A DNA stretch of 51,467 nt, from positions 1 through 51,467 of the IMG/VR virus record IMGVR_UViG_3300032286_000658. One strand, written 5' to 3'. The DNA is from a virus (taxonomy: Duplodnaviria; Caudoviricetes). The translations under genes and the position numbers were made by a program. Every line of letters begins with the position of its first letter. The first letter of the stretch is position 1. A model generated the notes under the pieces. It saw only the letters and a list, made by a program, of their open reading frames with translations, had not been told where the DNA came from and searched no databases. Shown in pieces: positions 6,806 to 15,200 of the stretch.

Positions 6806-6945
6806 AACGCTTAATTCCCTGGCTCCGTTCCATATCTTGGATTTCTGTTGCCGCTGTTGCTTCAGTAGTAGCGGCTATTATCTTTAACTCGACTGTCTTA
6901 GCACTTTCTGCTATTCCGCTAGCTTTACTAGCTTCTAAAGAGTAA
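6802..6945 (+). CDS. 47-aa hydrophobic membrane protein (below cutoff)
   Basis: MKRLIPWLRSISWISVAAVASVVAAIIFNSTVLALSAIPLALLASKE*; AAGGA SD. Confidence 0.65.
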   Translation: MKRLIPWLRSISWISVAAVASVVAAIIFNSTVLALSAIPLALLASKE

Positions 6946-6949
6946 TCTC

Positions 6950-7072
6950 ATGTTAGAAATAGCTGCAGCTATTCTTGCTGGAATAATTATTGTTTCTAGT
7001 TTGACAATCTTAGCTTTAGCTGCTATGGTTTTTATTAGCGGCTTAGACCCCGAAGATCATTTCGAAGACTAG
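6950..7072 (+). CDS. 40-aa single-TM protein (below cutoff)
   Basis: MLEIAAAILAGIIIVSSLTILALAAMVFISGLDPEDHFED*. Confidence 0.6.
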   Translation: MLEIAAAILAGIIIVSSLTILALAAMVFISGLDPEDHFED

Positions 7073-7106
7073 ATCCACCCCCAACACATAACTAAATAGG
7101 AGAAAC

Positions 7107-7394
7107 ATGACAATAAAGAACGTAACGCTTAGAGTCGAGAACTTTGACGAGCTAAGAGATTCACTTCATCAAACTGGATTATTTGAAATGTCTGACTGCA
7201 TTGTAGAAATCAGTTGCAATCTAAATAGCTCAGTTAATGAAGTACAAAAAATGTTCAGTTTTATTAAGACAACAATCAACGTTGTAGATACAACTGTTAT
7301 TACTGACAACGAACTAGAGAACTACAAAGTCCAATTACGAGAAGTCGACCCACCCTATACGCGTGGACCAGCACGACGTGCCCGTAAAAATTAA
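7107..7394 (+). CDS. hypothetical protein
   Basis: 95 aa; AGGAG SD. Confidence 0.75.
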   Translation: MTIKNVTLRVENFDELRDSLHQTGLFEMSDCIVEISCNLNSSVNEVQKMFSFIKTTINVVDTTVITDNELENYKVQLREVDPPYTRGPARRARKN

Positions 7395-7395
7395 T

Positions 7396-7425
7396 TTGAC
7401 AAAATCGAAAAATAACCTATAAAAT
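7396..7425 (+). promoter_or_regulatory. sigma70-type promoter for a leaderless mRNA
   Basis: TTGACA (7396-7401), 18 bp, TAAAAT (7420-7425); ATG at 7433. Confidence 0.7.
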
Positions 7426-7432
7426 GACAATT

Positions 7433-7984
7433 ATGACAACTACATTTATTAAGAAAAACCAAATGCTTCCTCAGTACATTTACGAGGAGTTTGAAGGCTT
7501 AGCTAACAACGATCACAGAGATACTCTTATTCGTTCTTTACGTTCAGCTGGCTGGACACTAGAGTCCATTTCCGCGGCTTCGAGTATCACTCGCGAGCGT
7601 GTAAGACAAATTGCGCTTGCTCCAAATCCAGAAGGTCTCTCCATTCCAGTTGAGATTCCAGAACCTCCAGTAAAGCAGGAGAAGGCTAAGCCGGTTTATA
7701 TTGAGCCAAGTCCAGAAACTCTTAAGCGTCTGCTTGAGCTTCAGCCTTACGCTCAGCAGGTTCGCTCGAACGGTAAGAAGTATCGTGCAGAGGCAGAAGA
7801 GTACACTTCTCTCCTAAACCATGCACACGTCAACGAGGGTGTAACTCTTTACCGACTTGCAAAACGCTTAGGCGTCACGCACGGTGCTTTACGCTTTCGT
7901 CTTGTACGCTATGGCTACAAACAGCCTGTAACTGCTACTTCTAAGGTCTATACCCCGATTGTTCAAGAGAACCGTCTAAAGTAG
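7433..7984 (+). CDS. double HTH protein, paralogue of 5315..5836
   Basis: GWTLESISAASSITRERVRQI and GVTLYRLAKRLGVTHGALRFRL; start moved from 7424 to 7433 because 7424 overlaps the -10 box. Confidence 0.8.
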   Translation: MTTTFIKKNQMLPQYIYEEFEGLANNDHRDTLIRSLRSAGWTLESISAASSITRERVRQIALAPNPEGLSIPVEIPEPPVKQEKAKPVYIEPSPETLKRLLELQPYAQQVRSNGKKYRAEAEEYTSLLNHAHVNEGVTLYRLAKRLGVTHGALRFRLVRYGYKQPVTATSKVYTPIVQENRLK

Positions 7985-7998
7985 GGTAAAATAGCCCT

Positions 7999-9399
7999 AT
8001 GGGTAAATCTATTATGGAGCAAATTGCTCTTCTGCCACCAGAGGAGCAGTATGCTGCATTATCTGGAATGGATCCAGAAGCTTTAATGTGGGACTGGTCT
8101 GTTTGGGGTCGCCCTGAACAGCAAGCTCCTCCCGGCGATTGGAACGTCTGGCTTGTACTTGCTGGACGTGGTTTTGGTAAAACAAGACTTGCGTCTGAGT
8201 GGGTTCGTGAGCAAGCTAGGTACACCAACACTGGTCAACGTCGTTTTGCTTTAGTTGCCCGTACTGCAGCTGACGTGCGAGACGTTATCGTTGAAGGTGA
8301 GTCTGGCATTATGAATGTCACTCCTCCGTCAGAACGTCCGCTCTACGAGCCATCCAAGCGACGCCTGACCTGGCCTAACGGAAACGTTGCCTCACTTTTC
8401 ACAGCTGACGAGCCTGACGGTTTGCGTGGTCCGCAGTTCACTCACGCATGGGGTGACGAGATTGCTGCTTGGCGTCAAACTCCTGATGCCGCAGGTATGA
8501 CTGCCTTTGACAACTTACGTGTTGGTACTCGTCTTGGAGCTCAGCCAAAGATTTTAGTTACAACTACCCCGAAGCGTACTCCGCTTCTTTATAAACTTAT
8601 TGAAGAATCTCGTACTGACCGAGTTGTCGTTACCAAGGGTTCGACCATGGATAACGCCGGAAATCTTTCTGGCTCTTATCTAGACACAATGCTCGGCGTT
8701 TACGAGGGTACAGCCCTAGCGAGACAAGAGCTTTATGGCGAGATGCTTGAGGCTATGGAAGGAGCGATGTGGACAGAAGAAATTATCGAATCTGGACGAC
8801 AGCTCTATATGCCAGTTTCTACTCCATTACGTTGTATCGGAGTTGACCCATCTGTTGCCGAGAACCCTCGTGACGAATGTGGAATTGTTGTTGTTGGCTC
8901 AACAGCAGAGCATGATCTCTACAAACGCAATGCCTGGGTTCTAGAAGATGCTTCTATCCACGGAAGCCCCGACGTTTGGGCTAATCAGGTTGTTAAGATG
9001 GCTCGTAAATGGGGTTGCCCAGTTATTGCTGAAGTAAACCAGGGTGGAGCTCTAGTTCGTAACGCCATCAACACAATTGACCCGACTATCAAAGTTCTTG
9101 AGGTCCACTCTAAGCAGGGTAAGCAACTTCGTGCAGAGCCGATTACTATGGCCTACCAGCAGGAACGTGTTCACCACGTTGGACATGCGCTTACTGACCT
9201 AGAGACTCAGATGATTACTTGGATTCCTGGTGAAGGAAAGTCTCCTGACCGCGTTGATGCGCTTGTTCATGCCCTTACTGCCCTCCTAATTAAGCCTCCA
9301 GCAGGTTTTTCAGGGGGTAAAATTAGAGCAAAGAGCATGGGAGACAGAAAAATCCCTGGAATCGGCAACCGAGGTGGAAGTGTGTTTAAAATCCGATGA
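7999..9399 (+). CDS. terL: terminase large subunit
   Basis: Walker A AGRGFGKT, LRGPQF..AWGDE Walker B, TTTP coupling motif, nuclease IGVDP and SPDRVDAL. Confidence 0.95.
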   Translation: MGKSIMEQIALLPPEEQYAALSGMDPEALMWDWSVWGRPEQQAPPGDWNVWLVLAGRGFGKTRLASEWVREQARYTNTGQRRFALVARTAADVRDVIVEGESGIMNVTPPSERPLYEPSKRRLTWPNGNVASLFTADEPDGLRGPQFTHAWGDEIAAWRQTPDAAGMTAFDNLRVGTRLGAQPKILVTTTPKRTPLLYKLIEESRTDRVVVTKGSTMDNAGNLSGSYLDTMLGVYEGTALARQELYGEMLEAMEGAMWTEEIIESGRQLYMPVSTPLRCIGVDPSVAENPRDECGIVVVGSTAEHDLYKRNAWVLEDASIHGSPDVWANQVVKMARKWGCPVIAEVNQGGALVRNAINTIDPTIKVLEVHSKQGKQLRAEPITMAYQQERVHHVGHALTDLETQMITWIPGEGKSPDRVDALVHALTALLIKPPAGFSGGKIRAKSMGDRKIPGIGNRGGSVFKIR

Positions 9400-9755
9400 A
9401 AATACTTTTTGACTTATTTCCGTCTGTTTTAGTGGCTGCAGCACCAGGTTTAGTTGAAAATCTAGATCAAATTAAAGTGGTTCCACCTACCGAGGGCACT
9501 TTTATGGTAGATAAGTGTCGAATAGTTGTAGATACCGATATAATTATCGTAGCGGTAGACTCTCCTGACGGAGCTAGAGTTATTTTTCAAGAAGAATATG
9601 ACGTTTTTATCAATAAACGCTCGGGTGAGAGTAAAATACTAACTAAAAGCGGAAAAATGCTAGCTTTTAAGCGCGATAGCGATTGCGGTTGTGGGTCTAG
9701 ACTTAGAAGTTGGAACCCAGTGCGTACTATTAATACATTAAAAGGTAGAAAATGA
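9396..9755 (+). CDS. hypothetical protein (CGCGSRLR motif)
   Basis: ATGA overlaps with both neighbours. Confidence 0.75.
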   Translation: MKILFDLFPSVLVAAAPGLVENLDQIKVVPPTEGTFMVDKCRIVVDTDIIIVAVDSPDGARVIFQEEYDVFINKRSGESKILTKSGKMLAFKRDSDCGCGSRLRSWNPVRTINTLKGRK

Positions 9756-10033
9756 TTTTAGATCCACTTACTTTTGTAATACTTGCGCTTGCAGCTTTTA
9801 GAGTTACTCGTGTAATTACTACAGATACTGTTTTTGAGTCAGTTAGAGAAAGAATATGGAAAAAGTTTTCTCCATCTAAAGGTTTTGGTTATTTAATAAC
9901 TTGTGACTGGTGTACTGGATTTTATGTCTCAATTGCTTTTGTTCTTGCCTACCTACTAGTCCCCGTAATTGTATATGTGGTATCATTAGTACTGTCCATA
10001 TCTGCAATTATTGGTCTACTAGCGAATCGCTAA
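9752..10033 (+). CDS. DUF1360-like membrane protein
   Basis: LAAFRVTRVITTD...LITCDWCTGFYV pattern plus TM helices; typical terminase-portal position in actinophages. Confidence 0.75.
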   Translation: MILDPLTFVILALAAFRVTRVITTDTVFESVRERIWKKFSPSKGFGYLITCDWCTGFYVSIAFVLAYLLVPVIVYVVSLVLSISAIIGLLANR

Positions 10034-10049
10034 AATCTAGGAGCCCCCT

Positions 10050-11816
10050 TTGGGAATTTTTAAGAAAAACGCAGACCAGCCGAGGCGTAGAAGTGCTACT
10101 GGTGTAAGAGCATCGGCACCTAGAACTGCTACCCCTATCGCTCCAGGTATCTCTGTAGATTCTTTTGGACTTGTCTATGCAGAGCCAGTTGCTTTTAATA
10201 CTCCTAGACCCCTTACTGCTGCCGCTGCCCAAATTAAAATTGGTGATAGAGGTGAAGCCGAACTTTTTAAATCCCGCCGTCAGTCAGCTTCGTCTAGCTG
10301 GCAAACCGAAGCTTGGGAATATTACGATTCAATTGGAGAGGTTAAGTATGCGTTCAATCTTGTTGCGTCTGTCGTATCTAGGATACGCCTTTACGTTGCT
10401 GTTGTAGATGATCCAGCTGAGTCACCAGTATCAGTTGACAAATCAAATACTATTGACCCCCAGTTGGCTGCAGCTGCTAAGCGTGCTCTTAGTAGACTAG
10501 ATTCTGCTTATGGAGGTCAGTCGGGATTGCTTAAAGATTGTGCTCTAAATCTTCAGGTCACTGGTGAGTGCTATCTTGTTCAGATTCCGGAGCGTATTGG
10601 TTCAGGTCTTCCTGAGAGCTGGGATATTCGTTCTGTAGATGAACTGCAGGTTGACTCTAGAAATAACTATATAATTCAACCTGTTCGTGAATCTGGCGGT
10701 AGCTCTTCGTCAATGAATTCAAGTAAGAGCGCAATCAAACTTCCAGGCGATGCTTTCATTGGACGTATCTGGAAAGCTCACCCACGTTATTCTCAGGAAT
10801 CAGACTCTTCATTGCGTGGTCTTTTAGATCTTTGTGCCGAACTACTTCTTCTTAACCGTACCTTTCGTGCGACTGCCCGCTCACGCCTAAACGCTGGTGC
10901 TCTTTATCTTCCTGACGGCTTGAGTGTTGCAGCATCTCCGGACCCAGATTATCCTTACGATGAGGACGGCAACTACAACGAGCAGTACAATCCTGAAGAG
11001 GCTGCCGACGATTTTGAAGACCAACTTATCGATGCGATGACCACTCCTATTAAGGATGAAGACTCAGCGTCAGCAGTTGTTCCACTTATTATTCGTGGTC
11101 CTGCAGAGCTTGGCGACAAGATTAAGCAGTTCAAGTTCGAGCGTTCTTTTGATGCTTCTCTTGTTCAGCGTGCTGACCGAGTCCTAGAACGTATCATGCA
11201 GGGTCTAGACGTTCCCAAAGATGTCGTAACGGGTCTAGCTAACGTTAAGTACTCTAACGCTCTTCAGATTGATGAGGCCCTCTACAAGGCTCACATCGAG
11301 CCCCTGATGCTTCTGATTGCTGACGCACTAACTGTTGTCTACCTACGCCCATACTTGATTGCAAACGGATACGCTGAAGCGGATGTTAAACGAGTACACA
11401 TCTGGTACGACCCAAGTCAGATTGCAACCCGCAATGACCGTGCATCAGATGCCGATATGGGCTTTGACAAGATGGCCGTCAGCTACGACACTTGGAGACG
11501 TGCTCACGGATTCTCAGACCAGGATGCTCCTACTCCTCAGGAACTCGGACTGCGTCTGGTTATTAATAAGGGTATGATTACTCCTGAACTTACTGAGGCC
11601 ATGCTTGGTGCTGTTTCTCCAGAGATTATGGATCTTGTTAGAGCTAAGTCTCAGGCCAACAACCCAGCTCCTATGTCTCCTGACATTCAGCAACTTCTAG
11701 AAGGTGCTCCATCAGGTCAGGTTGCTCCAATTCCTGCTCCAGGTGAAACTCCAATTACTCCATCTACTGCTCCTCCAACCCAACCACCAATTCCACTAGC
11801 CGAACCCGAGGTATAA
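10050..11816 (+). CDS. portal protein
   Basis: 588 aa after terminase; WQTEAWEYYDSIGE, L.VTGECY, IWKAHPR...DS.LR motifs of actinophage portals; TTG start with AGGAG SD. Confidence 0.85.
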   Translation: MGIFKKNADQPRRRSATGVRASAPRTATPIAPGISVDSFGLVYAEPVAFNTPRPLTAAAAQIKIGDRGEAELFKSRRQSASSSWQTEAWEYYDSIGEVKYAFNLVASVVSRIRLYVAVVDDPAESPVSVDKSNTIDPQLAAAAKRALSRLDSAYGGQSGLLKDCALNLQVTGECYLVQIPERIGSGLPESWDIRSVDELQVDSRNNYIIQPVRESGGSSSSMNSSKSAIKLPGDAFIGRIWKAHPRYSQESDSSLRGLLDLCAELLLLNRTFRATARSRLNAGALYLPDGLSVAASPDPDYPYDEDGNYNEQYNPEEAADDFEDQLIDAMTTPIKDEDSASAVVPLIIRGPAELGDKIKQFKFERSFDASLVQRADRVLERIMQGLDVPKDVVTGLANVKYSNALQIDEALYKAHIEPLMLLIADALTVVYLRPYLIANGYAEADVKRVHIWYDPSQIATRNDRASDADMGFDKMAVSYDTWRRAHGFSDQDAPTPQELGLRLVINKGMITPELTEAMLGAVSPEIMDLVRAKSQANNPAPMSPDIQQLLEGAPSGQVAPIPAPGETPITPSTAPPTQPPIPLAEPEV

Positions 11817-11817
11817 A

Positions 11818-12270
11818 ATGCATGAAAAAACTGAACTTGTAGAAAGACTCTCTCACCTACTATCTGATGTACAGACTATGAAGGCTATTGCTCATGGCTA
11901 TCACTGGAATGTTAAAGGCATCGAGTTTACTCAGATGCATGAATTTTTTGAAGAGATCTATCAAGATGTCGAGAGTGCCATTGATCCCCTAGGTGAAGAT
12001 ATTCGTAAGCTTGGCTACAATGCTCCATATTTTTTAACCGACTTTGTTGAAATGACTTGTCTTAGCGAACAGCCTCGTTTGTCTGGAGATGCAGTCCAAA
12101 TGCTGGAATCACTTTTGAATTTAAATAATGCTGTAAATGCATGTGTTCTAGAAGCTTTTGAAGTTGCTAATGCTTGCAACGAGCAGGGTATTGCTAACTT
12201 CCTTGCAGAACGTGATGACATGCACAAGAAGTGGAACTGGCAGCTACGCGCTTCGCTTGGTACTTTCTAG
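11818..12270 (+). CDS. dps: Dps/ferritin-like protein
   Basis: HGYHWNVKG.EF..MHEFFEE.Y...D..GE.IR.LG with the H-H-D-E ferroxidase ligands; C-terminal H.K..W.L. Confidence 0.9.
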   Translation: MHEKTELVERLSHLLSDVQTMKAIAHGYHWNVKGIEFTQMHEFFEEIYQDVESAIDPLGEDIRKLGYNAPYFLTDFVEMTCLSEQPRLSGDAVQMLESLLNLNNAVNACVLEAFEVANACNEQGIANFLAERDDMHKKWNWQLRASLGTF

Positions 12271-12273
12271 CAA

Positions 12274-15200
12274 ATGTCTAATTACCTAAGAGAAGTCTTA
12301 GGTGCTGAAAAAACTTTAAACTCTAATCAGCCCCAGGGACTAGTTGCAGATATAGGCCCTGACCTCCCTGGCGGGGAGGGTGCTAACGAAGGTTTCTGGC
12401 GACAGCAGCTCCGCGACCGTCTAGGTCAATTTGCCAAGATGCTTGGTACTGTTCTTTTTGATATGGAAATCGAAGGTCTAGGTAGGGTTACTGGTCACGG
12501 CGAGCTAATAAAAATTGTGCGTCCTCAGGTTGGTGTGGTTCGAATTAAGAATCACCCGGTTCTTCCAGATGGAGATTATGAAGTTCCTGGTGATAACTTA
12601 GAAGCCATAGATGCCCTTATCAAGGATAAAGACTACGAGCGTGTTACTGGGAAGACTCTTCCTAAATCTAAATCTTCAGAATTAAAAGATAAGCTTACAG
12701 GTTCTGAAGCTCAGGCTCGTAAGATGTCTACGGTTTATAAAAATTTAAAAGACGAAGGTCGTTTTCCGGTTCCTCGTCAAACTACCATTGATCATTGGGG
12801 CATCGATTCTGATATAGCTAAGGGTGCTAAAAAAGACTACGGACTTGTATATGACAAGTTAAAAGATGAAGACCCTTCTTGGTCACAAAAATATCCTACT
12901 TTTGACGATTTTTGGGAACGTGTTAGGCAGCTTTCTGTCGGACAAACTAGTCAGTCACCTAATGAGCTAAGCAAGATTCCTCAGGAAATGAAGGATATCA
13001 ACAAGGCGTATGCAGAAGAGGTTTTGGGCCTCAGGCCTGACGGACTAATTACTTTTTATAGAAATGCCACAAACCGAAAAATTACTCCTGAAGATTCGGC
13101 TCTCGGCTACGTAACTACTAATGCTGATTTTGCGTATGACTACAATAGTCAGGCTTCGAACGAGAGTGGTAACGGACGTTACGAAATCGATGCTAAGCCA
13201 GACGAAGTTTTTGGAATGCTTGGCTACAGTCAGCTTGAGGACGAGTTTGGCGTTACTGTCGGTCGTGGAGTTACATCTCAACCTGGCCGTGTCCGTCGAG
13301 TTGGAGATTTAGAGCAGCCTAAGCTAGCTCCTTGGCTTGAGAAGTATCAGGATGGTGTTGGCAGGTCTACAGGTGGTACTCCGTATCGCCACTTTGCTTT
13401 AGCTGGACAGTTTGATTTATTCCCGGTTGACCCGCTTGGAGATAGCGTAGGCGAGTTTGTTGAAAAGCACGGCAAAACTGTTGATGATATTAAAGCAAAG
13501 TTTGATGAATTACATGGTCAAGGGGCTTATGACGAATACAAATTATCTGGTAATGCATTAAGTTTTGCTATTGCTAAAAACATGTTTGTCAATCTTGGCA
13601 ATGGCAAATTTGGTTTCGATATAACTAAAATTGATGGCTCTAAGGGCGGAAATCTTGCCCCAGCGGGATATGGTGATGGCGATCCGGCAACTTTTAAAAA
13701 TGACAAACTAGACACCACTCTTAAGATGCTTTCTGTTCTTCAAGAGCTTTCTGGTCAACCTTTCATGGTTCACCGAGACCACCCTAAAGATGATCCACGA
13801 CTACAGGAAGCATCAGATGAGGTGACCCCTGAAGTTGTTCCGAGTCCAGTCGAGACTGAAAAAACAGAAGACTCCCTAGACTTCTCTAACTTTGAAAAGA
13901 CCTCAGACCGTCTAGGCTCTAACCCCGGTGGCGTCTACAAAGATCCGGCCACCGGCAAACAGTATTACGTTAAAATTCAAGATAAAGACCGCGGAAACAA
14001 TGAACGGTTAGCCTCCGCAATTTATAAAGAAGCTGGTTTAGGTTCTTTAGAGGTTAAAGATGGAACCTTAGATGGTAACCCGATAACATACACCGAGTGG
14101 AAAGAAGACTTAATTCCGCTATTTGGGAGTCAATCAGATAAGCTAAATTTCACCGAGCGTCAGGAAGCTCTAGATACTGCAAGAGATGGCTATTTAATTG
14201 ATGCTTGGATTGCCAACTGGGACATTGTTGGCGAAGGCAACGACAATATTAGTGCAGATAAAGATGGCAATCCCGTTCGACTTGATGCGGGCGGAGCCCT
14301 ACTTTATAGAGCAAGAGGATCTAAAAAAGGAGACTCTTTTGGTAATGAAGTTATAGAACTAGATACTTTTAAAAATCCTTCTAACTCCGCTGAGCTGATG
14401 TATGGCAATATGTATCTCTTTCCAAGAGCAGAGCGGGAGTCTTACGAGAAGCTTAAAGCTATATCTTCAGAACGTATAGATGAATTAGTTGACCAGTACA
14501 TCTCTAACCCGGATGACAATAAAGAATTAAAAGATAAGCTTAAGGCTCGCCGTCAGTTTATTCTCGATAAATACGAGGGTAGTACTCTTTTGACTGGTCG
14601 AGAGTCACTGCTTTACGGATCAAAGACTACTCAGAATATTTTAAAAGAAGATAAGAAAGAAGTCACTTCATATACCAATGCGGGCTACAGGTTTATAAAT
14701 CGTCATTTACGTGAACCAGAAAATCCTGATTATCAACGCTATAAAGATCAAGCAGATAAACTAAATGACATTATTAGTGCAAATACCCTAACTGAAGATA
14801 CTACTCTTATTAGGGTTACCAGGAATTTTGATGAAGATTTCGAGCCAGGGGATATTATAGAAGATGCCGCAATTCAAAGTACAACTAAGGCTGGACGTTC
14901 CGCAATTCACTCAACAGTCATGGACAAGCTCTATTCCGGCGAAGCATTAGGTTCTGACGCAGTAGAGTTTTTGGGATACACGACTTACACTATCAAGGCA
15001 CCGGCTGGGTCTTCAGCACTCGATGTTACAGAGATGAGTCAGTTTAGAAACGAAGGTGAAGTTCTTCTTCCTGCTGGTACTAAATTCAAAGTGATATCTT
15101 ACGAACGTAAACCTATGCAGGAACCGTATTTAGGGAGCTATAGAAACATAGAGGTTGAAGTAGTTGAGGCTGCGGAATCTGTTGAATCAACTCCTGACTT

